This document shows, in pieces, positions 1 to 12,963 of a stretch of DNA of 64,000 nucleotides; the stretch's first letter is position 1, and each line of letters starts with the position of its first letter. Under the pieces are notes generated by a model. The model made no database searches. It saw only the letters and a list, made by a program, of their open reading frames with translations, and was not told the origin of the DNA. This stretch comes from Setoptus koraiensis. Taxonomy: Eukaryota > Animalia > Arthropoda. A program made the translations under genes and the position numbers. The stretch is from NCBI GenBank assembly GCA_048013815.1, contig CM106586.1, forward strand, positions 11,160,001 to 11,224,000, given 5' to 3'.

Positions 1-600
1 GTTGATACACCTTTGGCACAATTCTTTTCTGATTCTGTCGCCGAAGAGGATCTAGATGAGTTAAATATTGAAATTATTCGAAATACTCTATACAAGTCAT
101 ATCTTGAATCATTTTATGACTTTTGTAAAAACAAAATTGGCGGACGAACGGGCGAAGTTATGTGCGAGATACTCGCCTTTGAGGCCGATCGTCGCTGTTT
201 CATCATAACAATCAATTCATTTGGAACAGAACTCACAAAAGACGACAGAGCAAAGCTCTATCCAAGATGTGGTCACTTGTTCCCGTATGGACTAACATCC
301 TTGGCGCGTGCAGACGAATATGAGCAAGTGAGGCAAGTGGCTGACTTCATAAACGAATATCGCATTCTATTTGAGGGTTCCAGTGATGGTAGCTTAAACG
401 ATGACAAAACTCTAGAAGACAGGTTCTTCGAGCACGAAGTCAGGCTTAATGTCAACGCATTCATGCAACAGTTTCACTTTGGAGTCTTTTATTCCTACAT
501 CAAATTGAAAGAACAAGAGATACGTAATATTGTCTGGATAGCCGAATGTGTTGCTCAGAAACACAGAGCCAAAATTGATAATTACATACCAATATATTGA
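1..600 (+). CDS. ATP6V0D1: V-type proton ATPase V0 subunit d, 3' part (5' end outside window)
   Basis: Frame +1 is open from base 1 (VDTPLAQFF...) with hallmark segments [43 protein letters not shown] and [29 protein letters not shown]-stop. No intron in this stretch. Confidence 0.96.
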   Translation, partial: VDTPLAQFFSDSVAEEDLDELNIEIIRNTLYKSYLESFYDFCKNKIGGRTGEVMCEILAFEADRRCFIITINSFGTELTKDDRAKLYPRCGHLFPYGLTSLARADEYEQVRQVADFINEYRILFEGSSDGSLNDDKTLEDRFFEHEVRLNVNAFMQQFHFGVFYSYIKLKEQEIRNIVWIAECVAQKHRAKIDNYIPIY

Positions 601-3600
601 TCATTTACAATAATATTGCACTGTATACAAGACACGGCTCTACACAAGCTAAGTTATTGGAATAGGGCCGTTTCATCAACGCACATTTCATTTTCGTACA
701 ATTCCTCGACATGTCATAGAACTGTCTTTTCGTAGAACGAGTATTTCACAATCGTGCATTTCATACAGATGTAATTTAATGCTAGAGATACCTTTGTTCA
801 TTACTGTGAGAGAAGATGCAAATTTTTCAGGCCCTCTCTTTAGTGTCGCCAATAATCGTATAGGTGAAAAGAAAGCTGTATTAAAACAATGGCGAGAGGA
901 AGGGTCAGCAACGAGTTTTGGAACATTCGAAGATAGCTTTGAACAAGCGAAAATCATACTTGGATTATCGTTGAACAACCAGTTTTAGACAACAATGACC
1001 CAGCTAGTCTTATTGGTGTGGCCACATTAAAAAGGCTGGAACGCGAGTCACATTTCGCCAGTTACAATAGATATCACTAAACACAATGAATGGTCAAAAT
1101 GTGACTCAATCCATGCAGTCTGGTCCAGCTATGTGTAGCAATCATGATTAGAACGACTCTCGATTGGCATAGTCCATCAGCATTATCGTTGATAAACACT
1201 GCTTCTTACTCGCATTACTCCCCTTCGGGCCCCCAGGCTCATTAGATGGAAACTCCAGTTATTGTAGCTCATTTCAGCTTTCATCACGCGATCGCGTTAA
1301 TAGCCACCCGAAGACCAAAGTGACGTTCATTGAGTCTAGGCCATATCGGTCTTTTAAATCTAATTATGTGCCATGAGCGAGGACCTAGCTTGATGGCTTA
1401 ATCGTTTGGCGACCCGGATATTAATGTTGACAATTTCAGGCCAAAACTACAGACTGGCCTTGTTTTATGTCCAGGAAAATAAGTTGACTGTCTTGGAAGA
1501 AGTACCATTATTGGGCCCCAGAAAATTAAGACGGCTACACATTCAGGAATGAAATTATCTCCATGTGACTCAGCGACTGCATTTTAATTGAGTTAATTCT
1601 TAGGAACCTTTTCAGTTGAAATTATCTATTTATTTATCTATTATGTCACTATCATTTAACTTAAAACTATCGGCGAATCACGGAAGGTTTGAAAATCGCG
1701 ACATCAATTGAAAAATGTTAGCGAGAAGTAAACTCAGAATTGGGTTAAAACAATTAAGTCACCATGGAACACCAGATCGAATTAACTAAATGCATTTATA
1801 ATGCAAAAAAATGGAAGATATTTCCAATAAATTGAACGCGGATAGCGGAATGTTGCACTGTATCAGTTTGTTTATTTTCACTTAGAGAACTCTTCTAATG
1901 TTAATGACACCTACATCCACCCTGTTTCGTCAATGCTGCGAGAATGAGGTCCTCAAGTTTATTAATCTATGATGGTCAAATCATTCTGAGCCTTGGGTTG
2001 CTAGATAAAGATCAATACGGATTCTTTGCATCGGCTTAAGTGCGACTTGTTGGTGCTTAATAGAAGTTGTTGTAAACTAGATTACTTTCTTGAAATCAGC
2101 AACCAAATGCCAATCCGGAAGGGATCTTTGATCGTCATCCTAGCGAACTTATTTTTAAGCGGTTCTGACGGTTCTTTTTTAGAGAATATAGGATGGACAA
2201 TATATACAGACAATTACGAACACGTATTGTACCAAAACTAAACTTAATCAGTCTATAAATGACAAACTAACTAAGATGAGTCCTATTCCTTTTATAGATG
2301 ATGCCACTTTAGGTGTGCATCGACAAGTCGCTTAAGGTCTTGCCACAAAGATTCGGGTACTCCGTGTGATTTTATCGTATTAATATAGAAACAATTTACT
2401 CAAAGTGCCTCAGAATTGCTTATAAGAATAAGTTGGTGTTGATTTCTGATCTTGCTTGGTAATAATTTGCAATGATATGATGAAATACGAGCCTTAGTTT
2501 TTGTTTGAAATGTATATGGATCATTGAAATCATTGATTAATAGCTTCAATCTTGAATGAGAGTATCGGAGTTTGGTTGTTCGTATTTCAGTTGGCTAGCA
2601 ATCTATTGATTGACTAGCAAGAGTAAACATTCTATCAGTACAGGCAAACAAAACAAGGCTGCTTAATCTCAAGCACCAAGGTGCTTGTTTTATGCCCGGA
2701 AGGTATCTGGTGATAACAATGTTAACTCATTGCAATAATAGTAATATAAGAGTCACGTTTCTTCAATTCAGATGTTTTAACGACTATATAATGGAGCCTG
2801 ATTTTCAACGTTCTGGGGTACGTTGGGATGTTCCTCGAGACGCTCAAAATGATAATTGATTGAGTCCATATGGATATACTTATCGATATTATGATTAAAG
2901 TCTATATCTTCGACTAAATTCTATATCTAAATTCCAAATCAGATGAGGGGATATTTAGTGTATAGGTGCCCATTTGGTGCAAATGTAGGAATATTTTGTC
3001 TATTTTGAGTGGCATTAGACGGTGTTATCGACAATTCCAATAAGTGGTGTGATCATTCCAGTTAGATGAATCCATGTACTGCTGAGCAGTTATCTAAAAC
3101 ATCACTAGATGATTACACATCCTAACTATTTTTTTTGTGATTGCAGGTAAGTGGTCTTTAAAACTTATATAATATTATTTTGCAATCATAGGTGCATATA
3201 AATGTACATTTTCTCGGAGAAAATAGATGCTGGCCATAGTATATTTTTGGCTTGAACATACTATTGATATAGGCGGTCGGTAGGATTAGATCTTAAATAT
3301 TGGGACCATTTGTAATATTGTCCATTGCTACATGTTCCATGTATTGATTTTAATCCACTAACTTGTAGTTATGTGGATTTGTTAAAGGGTGTGTGACATT
3401 TTATTGTTTTCACTTAACAAGAATAATTTCAATTGCACTAGTTCTGTAATGAGATTAATGAGGTCCATTACAGGTGTTTCCATAGCATGAGAATCAATAC
3501 AGCTTGATACGGGATATATAACACAATTTATACACAGATTGACCTGATAATGAATTGTGATGACATCCTATACAACCTGGAAGGTATCTCCGATGCAATC

Positions 3601-4118
3601 ATGCCATGATATGCGATTTCTTTTTGGGTTTTCAAGCCCTGCGATTCCATATTGACGTGTTTTTCCAGTGATCCATATGACTGATGAATGATGCTGTGTG
3701 TTTGTCTCTCGCGTTATACGACCGCTGCCACAACTACCTGCTAACAATCTAATTGGCACATGTTTGCATTAAATGCATTATATCATTATAATATGCTAAT
3801 TAGGCTCTCGCAAAATAATGTTCGGTGCCGGAATCTCGTTAGAGGAGCCTTGTAGGCTTGATGTCATTGACGACTCTTGATCTATTCCATTGGCCTCGAG
3901 GTGACTATGGTTGTATAAACGACAGCAACTATCAGACATCGTTACCATCTAGGTACTTGGCTAAGTTACTTGCCAGTGTGTGTTTGTGGTGAACACAAAC
4001 TAAATACAGTCGCTATTGGCTGCTTTAACTACATCTAATATTATAATATTAATATGATGATCGATCGATTGTTGTTTCTGTGGTTATGTACACTCTGTGT
4101 AGATATAAATAATAAGTG

Positions 4119-4618
4119 NNNNNNNNNNNNNNNNNNNNNNNNNNNNNNNNNNNNNNNNNNNNNNNNNNNNNNNNNNNNNNNNNNNNNNNNNNNNNNNNNN
4201 NNNNNNNNNNNNNNNNNNNNNNNNNNNNNNNNNNNNNNNNNNNNNNNNNNNNNNNNNNNNNNNNNNNNNNNNNNNNNNNNNNNNNNNNNNNNNNNNNNNN
4301 NNNNNNNNNNNNNNNNNNNNNNNNNNNNNNNNNNNNNNNNNNNNNNNNNNNNNNNNNNNNNNNNNNNNNNNNNNNNNNNNNNNNNNNNNNNNNNNNNNNN
4401 NNNNNNNNNNNNNNNNNNNNNNNNNNNNNNNNNNNNNNNNNNNNNNNNNNNNNNNNNNNNNNNNNNNNNNNNNNNNNNNNNNNNNNNNNNNNNNNNNNNN
4501 NNNNNNNNNNNNNNNNNNNNNNNNNNNNNNNNNNNNNNNNNNNNNNNNNNNNNNNNNNNNNNNNNNNNNNNNNNNNNNNNNNNNNNNNNNNNNNNNNNNN
4601 NNNNNNNNNNNNNNNNNN
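4119..4618. other. Assembly gap (500 N)
   Basis: Run of exactly 500 N. True length and left/right contiguity are unknown. Confidence 1.
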
Positions 4619-4739
4619 TCCTCATCCATATCATTATTAAATATAGTTGATGTAAATGATAACAAAGAAAGAGGGAAAAAACAAAATAATAATAGGTGTT
4701 GATGTAATTATAGAATAATTAGGCTACTGGATGTACCTG

Positions 4740-4978
4740 ATGGGAACCCCGGAGGGCTCCCATTGGTGGGCTCGCCGATATGGGCGAAAAGAATTAAACT
4801 CGACCGCTTCGGAACGCTGCAAAGCGAGAAATGCAACGCTCAATTCTACAAAATAAAATTAGCGCTCGATTTGAACGTCTTTTATTTTCCAGTGATCGGG
4901 GGAGGCGGGAGGAAGACCTTCACACCTTTCCGTTCACATTTGGGAGGCGGGAGGGGGAGGCATATCTCCCCCAATCAC
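4740..4978. other. GC-rich island with several predicted hairpins (candidate structured RNA or element terminus)
   Basis: Stems read by eye: ATGGGAACCC-CGGA-GGGCTCCCAT (4740-4763); TCGCC-GATATG-GGCGA; CGCT-GCAA-AGCG GNRA tetraloop (4815-4826); long-range GTGATCGGGGGAG (4892-4904) pairing with CTCCCCCAATCAC (4966-4978); duplicated GGGAGGCGGGAGG motif. Flanks are AT-rich. Confidence 0.35.
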
Positions 4979-5358
4979 TATTATTTTCGATTCACCGCGT
5001 CGGATTTTGCCTAGACCTACATAATCAATCACAATTAGCAATGGCACTCATGATCGAGCTATCTATCTGTGAAGCATTTAGAAAAACTTTGAAATGGCTC
5101 CGTTATCATCTGCAGATAATGAATATAGATTGAATTATTTTGGAAGAGAACAGGTGCTATTCTGCAAACTCGCCAGCATCTCACAAAATGGGCGGAAATG
5201 TGGAAAAAGTTGCAAAAACTACACTACTAGTTGTGTAACGTGTCACTGTTGATATAAATTGAAAACACTGAAATGTTGGGGGTTGAGTTAAAACATCGAT
5301 TCTGTTAATTATTAATTCAGTTGTTTGAAACATTTATTTTTACGATAGCGCCATCATC

Positions 5359-5400
5359 TTTATCATCATGTACATCATTTTTATCATCATGTACATCGTT
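5359..5400. repeat. 21-bp tandem duplication
   Basis: TTTATCATCATGTACATC occurs twice with 21-nt spacing. On the minus strand it reads KNDVHDD-KNDVHDD in a short open frame. Confidence 0.8.
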
Positions 5401-6048
5401 TTTATGAATCTTGTTGAATTGGTCCTCTCAATGTAGAATTTTCATAGAACATCCTTGATCATATAATGTGACCAAATTCGATTATTTCTAGATTGGAAGA
5501 TGTAACCAACTTCAATTACTAGTTATATTGTCAATTTATATGTGTCACTTTCAATTTAATATCATTTGATTTTTGTTTGTATCTTTATCTGTCGCGAATC
5601 TGTCCCGATCATTCTGTGTGCCATCCCTTTTGTTGGCTCCGTTGTTGCATCATTCTTAGCTACTAATGTCTCGGCTGTGAATATATCCGACCTTTTTCTT
5701 TTGCACAGAGATAGTTCTTTCAGAAATGCTTGTCTTAGCTACATTTTGTAATGTTTCGATATTGTGTATGCATGATAATGACAATTTTTTAGCTGAAATT
5801 AGAAATTCAATGGCTCCTCAAAACAATGTGTGTCCCAATGGATCGAGTTAGGCTAAACTCGTCGAACGGATACCATCTGATATTGGCGGTCATATCGTGT
5901 GTCCATCATGAATGCTCTCATTATTGTAATGCCTCCTTGGTTGTGTAACATTGTACTGTTCATCAGTGAGGACCCCAAGCAAAATCAAAAATTTACATGT
6001 AATAATAAGTGTGGGTGTTCGTACCTGTCTCATTCTCTCCCCATGTGC

Positions 6049-7775
6049 CTACATGACCAATGCACGAGCAATGTCCGTGTGTGATGGTGATGTTTGTTGT
6101 TTTTTCGTGACTCTACTCGGACCATAATCCAACATTCGTTTGTCTTTCGATGACCTTTTGAAGGCTAGGTCTTGGAAACGTAGATTTTCTATCTTATTAT
6201 TATTATTGTTATAATTGAGGTGCTTGAGAATGTTCCACTTGTCATTGATAACTCTCTGAATGTAATCGTTACTTGATTTATCCGTCAATGGTGCTTTGTT
6301 ATTACTACCAACTGAATCGTTGCCATTTGTATCCTCATTGATTCGTTGTTCATATATGGAATCAATGGACTGTGGTATTGTTGTCAAATCATTACTATTC
6401 TCTCTGCCTTCCTGTTCAGGGTTGAAATATTTCGATTCTCTTACTTTGGTTTGGTCGCTGTTGGGGTCATCATTGAATTTCGATGATGGCATTTGTGATG
6501 ACTGACCAGATCCCAATGGCGTCTTCAATAGATAGCGAGTCCATGCTTGAGCTGATTCCGCTCGTTGCTCTTGATTATGGTCTCGATCATCATCCAGCCC
6601 GCGCTTGTCGCTATCGTGATTGCTTGCTGAAGCGTGATGAGCTTGGCTCCTTTTGTAAGCTGCCTCGCTCATTAAGCCAACTGTTCGCTTTCTAGCGATA
6701 TTAAGCGACGATCTAACACCAGCACTACTCAATTCATTTTTCTTGTCTGGTCCCCCAAACAACCGATACATATTATATCTAGAATCGCTCGTTGGATCAG
6801 CCGACACAGAAGATGGTATAACAACCGTATCTTCGCCACTATCTGGCGACCATGTACCTTGAATGTTTGTATCAGTAATAGTTTCCGTTGGACCACCATA
6901 ATTGGCGTTTACCAGATCACGCTCTTGCTTGTCTTGTCGTTGTTGTTGAAGCGCTTGTGCGTACAACATCGGAGCCAATAGATGACCCGACGTAGATTTT
7001 AAATATTTTGCCAATTTTGCCAATTTAGCCAAACGTAGACGCCTCATCATATCATCATCTACTACTTGTGGTTCCACCACATTCGTCAATTCAATTCTAT
7101 TTTGTTGTTCGCGCTCCATTAGCGACGGGTCAGGCTTTATGAACTGAATTTGTGGCAATGAAGACGATTTTTGTTGTTTCAATAATGATGATTCACTTGG
7201 CCCCAAACTGTTAATGGCCTCCATTAAACTTCCAGAATCCGTAGATTGGTCAACATCAGGGTCTTGTTGTTGTTGTATTTGTTGAAGCGAATTAATTTTG
7301 TCTCTGTTGTCGTAGTACAGTGGCCGTTGCTGTCCAGTTGATTGCTTGTCCATCAGTTCCACGGACGAATGGGGATCGCGATTCTTTAGATTGGCCAACA
7401 TGGAACGATAATAGTCGATCAAAGTTTGTTCGCTTGTTGATTTACCATTGTCTATTTGAGCGGTCTTTGTTTGCTCAAAAGTTTGCGACAATGATGGGTT
7501 TCTAGTTGAGCGGGTATCGTGATCGCCGACAACTATTTTGTGCAAAATTCGTTGGTGTTCAATAGCGACCAATAGGTGGACACGGATAAAATGAAATGGA
7601 ATTATCAGCGATGACATTATTTTTTGTGTTGTTATTGTGTGTCCCTCGGGCACACTTAGCTGAACTTACCTAATTGCAAGCCTAAGCCCACAATCATCAT
7701 TGATGACAGTAATACAATGGGCGACATGATTAACAGCCCTTGTGGGGCTGGTTGCGCTTGAATTTTTGGTAACAT
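6049..7775 (-). CDS. Secreted Q/S/N/D-rich protein with multiple dibasic sites (prohormone/granin-like), 2 exons
   Basis: Exon 1 7775-7670 encodes MLPKIQAQPAPQGLLIMSPIVLLSSMMIVGLGLQL and ends G|GTAAGT. Acceptor AAATAG| at 7532 rejoins in phase 1 with the long open frame to the stop at 6049. KR/KK/RKR sites cluster in the C-terminal half. Confidence 0.7.
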
Positions 7776-10526
7776 GTCGTTGGTTGTTTCGTGTAGTTTT
7801 AGGGAAAATCTACAGCCATACAGTAGATATTGTAGTCAGTAGTTTGTCGTATATGTTGTGTTTGTGTATGTGAATTACTTGTTGTTGGCGGGCAAAGCAA
7901 GCCCTACTTTGGTAACAATAATACTACTAACTAGGAATTGGATGACAATTTATATGGTACAGTTAACAATGACCACACTATCTTGAGTAATCTCGTTTTG
8001 AACAGAGACTATAATAATTCATCTTATCTGCACCGGTGGCACCCTCTGTAACTGTGCGCTAAATTGGTATATGGGCTCGGATCGATTTTGAGTCTCGTCA
8101 TGGTCGATAGATAAATTAATAAATCGAATCAACATTAGACTCGCACACATACACACATCAAATGCCAAGCTACTTCATGTCAATAGATAAGCTGAGCATG
8201 CGCCCCCGATCAGCAAGGTACGGTTATGTAAGCGTAAACAATATTATTAGAACTTTAATATGGCTATAGGTGGAAAGACATGTCAGAACCTCACTTGGGC
8301 GCATACATCACTCTCACATGAGTGTGCAAGCAAACTGGCACCAGCAACTTGGCATAAGGGCCCTATTAGTTTCTTATCTATCAACAATGCTCCACCAGTT
8401 CGCCAGGTCTCTAGGTGCATATGTCCAGAGGGAGAGAAAGCGAGAGAGACCAAAGGGTAATGCGCGCCATATTATTCCCCCATGCACACTTGCAAGGACA
8501 CACATATCTATTTATTCTGCTGTCTGTCTGATAAAGAAGCTTAAGTGGCCGATAGGCACACTTGATTGGCTGGACTGGCGAAACGATAAGCGAGAATCAT
8601 GAAATAGATCAATCATTTGGTCTCACTGTCAGCTCGTTTGTTATGTCGTGAGCGCACTTGATATGTCCGTCCGGGTTATAGTGAACACATCAGAGGAAGT
8701 GCGCGAGTAACCTAAAGTGGACAAAGAGATACGAATTAGGCGCACTAGCTACGACACGAGAAATCCATCTAGACGCTACTGACCAAAAATTTGCATGCAA
8801 TATCACCGCCCGTATCGCCACTATGCTCATGTGTGGTGTATGTTCGACGCCTATAGTATGCTAATATTTTTTGTTCTCACAACAACTGCTAACATCATAC
8901 TCATTCTGATATAGATCGACATGCTGCTTAGGAGGATCTCATTTTTATGCAGATATCGCACGATGATACAGTTCTCTCGATGTGTTAACTAGAGTTGCTG
9001 ATATCCGCGTAATCAAGTTCGAGTCGACGCCGCCACAAGCACAACTTGCCATGTTTGAAATTTATGAAAGTCATCCAAAATGGGCAATTGGCGAGCCACA
9101 TAGGGAATCTGAATGTTTAATGTGAGAATAAGTGTCTTATCTGCACTTTGCGAGCTTCAAGTGCTATCACTATGCTCGGTGCATGGTTAATACAATGAGT
9201 ATGTAAGGGACTGTAGGCGGCTAGCAGCGAAATTATTCCGAATATCCTCAGAGAGAGAGAGAGAGAGAGAGAGGGAGATGCGATCAAATAAAATAGTGAA
9301 ATTATGAATATTCTTTCATTCAATAGTTGTTGTCGCTGTTGTTGTATGCATGCAACAATAATGAAAAGTAATTTATTCCATCAAGGCTTAAACAGTGGTT
9401 CGATGGAACGGCTCTCGAAACTTATTGATCGGCTCAAGTTTTGACATTATAATTTCTCTCCCTAATAACTGGTTCGAACATGCCAGCGTCGATGGGCGTA
9501 AAAAGACATTTATTTTTTATCATCGACAGATCAGCGGCCTTGAAAGCCTATCACAAAGCGGACCAAAAATGGCCTAGCGCAATCGCATTCTTCGTTACAA
9601 TACTCATGCAAACATTCTCTAGCCAACGAGTCCAAATTGAAGCGATAACGAATAGAGAACTGGTGTGGCGCTCTCCAATAGATGGGGGCCCCGAAAATTG
9701 TATACCATTCACAACGAGCTTGTATAGTACATATTAATCCTCATTGCTGGAATTGTCTGGCCCGTTGGTGATGGACGTACCTCTCATGGCAACAACTGAC
9801 TACTCGTGCGTGTTGATCTATTTTCCTTATTCAATTACGATCAAACTAGCCTTTAGCAAGTTGTTTTTTTGTTGTTGTTGTTCGCTTGTATTCTATACCA
9901 ACTAGCCCAATCTATATGTGAACATTGCACGAGCGAAAGAGGGAGAATTTTTTCGCCACAATGTGTTGGTCGAACAATCAAAGAAAAACCTTTGATCGGT
10001 TCAGTTAATTTGCAAGTTGAGTGCCCTCCGAGGGAGTCATTTCAAGGTCTGCCAATGAAAGCCAGCCAAATGAGATAGAATCTGCCAAAAAGAGAGGCTA
10101 GCACGCCCTGTAAAACGCACACCCTTTCAAATCGATAAAGATCGCTGGAATTTTATAATGGTTTATACAATATAAGTATGTAGGCAACATTCGTTGTGCA
10201 TATAAGCTAACAGCGACAATTTTTTGTTGTTGATATTTTTTCTGATTACACAATATTTCTATCGAAAGATTGTGTTCGAGATGGGCACGAAAACTCATTG
10301 ATCGACAGTCAACTTTGTTGTAAAAAACACCATTATGTTTATTATTCGCTCTAAATTATAGTTTTTCGTTGATAAATATCAGTCAGTGGAATTTGAGATG
10401 TTCTTGACCATTACATAAATGTGAGTCATGATTTTCGTTGAGATGGTGATATTTATTTATCATTTGTACACAAAGTATTATCAGTACATAAATAACTTAT
10501 TTCTATATATCCTATACCTGACCAAC

Positions 10527-10585
10527 TTACCATTCCCGGCCATTGACCATTGACAAAGCGATGACAGCAGCACCAGACATGACCA
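10527..10585 (-). CDS. Candidate short terminal exon after Ig cassette 3 (VVMSGAAVIALSMVNGREW-stop)
   Basis: A 56-nt GT..AG intron follows the cassette-3 donor and the phase-1 join is in frame. Hydrophobic 14-aa stretch; AATAAA at 10457-10452. A further GTAAGT at 10530 means it could instead be an internal exon. Confidence 0.35.
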
Positions 10586-10641
10586 CTATATACATGGAGG
10601 GCGCTTGTGGGCGCGATTATAGTATATGAAATATCACTTAC

Positions 10642-11888
10642 CTTGAACGTTAACTTTGAATACCTTTCTAAGTTCTTGATCTGCGCCATTGTTGGCAATA
10701 CACTCATAGATGCCCGAATCTCTGAGAGTAGCCGAGGTTATCCTTAGCGATTGTTGTTGTCCGTTGTTGTTGTTGTCGCCATCTAGATTGTTGTTGTTGC
10801 TTGATTGTAATGCGTTGCTGCCAAAACTAGCATTGCTATATGTGTGATCAGACAGTTTTGACCATCGCACGACCGGGCTTGGCTGGCCTTGAGCCTCACA
10901 ATTGACAATTAAATTCTTGCCCATGCCAACATCATACGAATCGTTTGGTTGCTTGGTCCATTTGAGGTCCGCTACACAGGCACAGAATTGTTTCGAGGGG
11001 GGAAAAATGATTATTGGAATTATTGTTATCGATATCGAATATCAGCAATCGTTATTGTTATGGCGCGATTGCATCGTAAGCATGAATGAGTCGTATGATT
11101 TCATTCCAGCTAAATTTCTCTCATTTCTATGGTGTGCTCCAGCATAGTGAATGTATGTGTGTGTGTGCTTGGCCCGGGGGACCTCATAATGCAATTTGCC
11201 GATTGAAATAAACTCACCTTTGACGCGTAACTGCACTGTGACACTGTCTTTGCCGTATCGATTTTTAACCAGGCACGAATAATTGCCTGCGTCGCTGGCC
11301 TGGACATTGGCCACCTTCAATATGGATTTGTCCGAGTCTTGTTCGCAGCTCAATCTTGGATTGTGATGCGAGTCCAGTCTTAGCCTCTGATTGTCCTTGA
11401 GCCATTCGTAATTTATGGGCGCTTGGCGATCGCCCTCGGCCAGTGAGCAAAATAAATTTACATTGCTTCCTTCCTTGTAGAATTTCGCCAGCACTATCGG
11501 CAGCAATTGCGGTGGCAGCTCTGTAATTATTGTATTATTTGGGATATTAATTCATACAATGGAAGTGTTTTTATGTAATAATCAGTCAATCATATTTGTT
11601 TCTATTGTTCTGTTGTGGCGATGTAATATTCTGAGAATATCATCATTGTTGATAACACAGTTGTATACAGTAAATATGCATACAGCAAATGTATCGGACA
11701 TGTGAAAGGGGAAAAAAGGGAAAAAATATTCGCTAATAAATATATAGGTTAGGTCCATTTATGTAGTCTTTGCACCTACCTTTATCCGTTGGCGCCGATG
11801 TAGTGTAGGCCAATGTCCACGTGTAAGGCCGCACTAAAGCACATGTGACGCTTATTAGCATAACCATTAGCCTCTTGTTTTGGCCCAT
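10642..11888 (-). CDS. Dscam: Dscam-family two-Ig cassette 3 (leader + Ig7-like + Ig8-like; sDscam-beta variable-cassette architecture)
   Basis: Exons 11888-11780 (MGQNKRLMVMLISVTCALVRP... leader), 11520-11218 (LPPQLLPIVLAKFYKEGSNVNLFCSLAEGD...WLKD...DAGNYSC) and 10971-10642 (LKWTKQPND...CEAQGQPSPVVRW...DSGIYECIANNGADQELRKVFKVNVQG). All junctions are GT/AG phase 1. Confidence 0.85.
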
Positions 11889-12963
11889 GATTTTGTTAGG
11901 TCGGCCTTAGTATAGAAATAGTACACACATTAAACTACCAATGGCCAGTTGTGGACCTCTTTTGCTACTTGTGCCTATGAGTTTTGGCCCTAAAACAAAG
12001 CAGCAGTCTCGGTCAGTCTGCTGTGCACATAGCGAGCCACCGTTCGTTCGTATATATGTGTGTGTGTGCGTTCGCGCGCACAAACATTGGTCATATATTA
12101 GTATATTGACTCACATATCGAGGCGCACAGCCAAACACAAATACGCTCACAACTAGCTTCACGAACTTGCCAAGGCAGCAGCCCTTCCCCCTACCCCTTC
12201 AAATTGCACGCGAATCGAGAGGACCTTCATGGGGGCCAAACTCAAGCACTGGAACGGCAGCTACAACAGGCGCCAAATTCGAACGTCCTTTTTTCTTTCG
12301 GTGGGCCCCATCGGGGCCAGCGCGTATCTAGTTCTTCGCAAGTTTTTCGACTAGCAATTAAAACAAAAACTTTCCATAAAGTGATAGCACTCCGAGATGA
12401 CGGCAAGCCGACAAGCCGAGAGAACCGATAAGGATAAGAGTCTCTCCCTCTCTTGTAATAGACAGCATCGCTGCTTCACCGCCTCTCCGCTCTTCCTTTC
12501 TGCCATCCGGTGTCCCCCGCTACACGCCATCGCACTATTTAAAGCAAAAAACCAGGCTCAACTAGAGTCTATAGAGTAGATATATGAGATGAGCATACGA
12601 AGCGTGCTCTATTTGAGACAGGAATAATGGATCGACCCCAGTTACTCAATAGCGATATATCAAATAGAGTCGCGTTCAGTGAACTGTCAGGTTGATTTAG
12701 AGATAATCACTGAGTCTGGCAGGGAACACATTTTTTTACTTATTTCCTGAAACACGACTTATTAGTTTTATTTTATTTTTGTCTTTGCTCAATGTTAATC
12801 AATATCAAGGCTTATCTATCACACGCGTCTAGCTGAATTTGAAGTAGTGACCTATAAAGCCAACCAAGCTACCTACCTGACCGGTGCGCCTAGAGCGACC
12901 CGTTGCCCCTGTGATCGTAATTTAATGCACTATCAATTAGACCCTATAATCAATTATTCTTAC

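Noticed and set aside
1312-1343. Minus-strand WPRLNERHFG resembling the phosphoglycerate mutase RLNERHYG motif
   Set aside because: The frame closes a few codons later, with no RHG motif or other flanking similarity. Likely chance or an unrecognisable remnant.
4041-4665. ORF-track entries spanning the N run
   Set aside because: Artefacts of translating Ns.
4734-4792. CTGATG...GAAA suggesting a hammerhead ribozyme
   Set aside because: The core is CTGATGG rather than CTGANGA, and the stem II/GAAA spacing does not fit.
9590-9740. Minus-strand YKLVVNG...GPPS as a possible Dscam constant-region exon
   Set aside because: There is an in-frame stop immediately upstream, and no Ig Cys/Trp or FNIII pattern.
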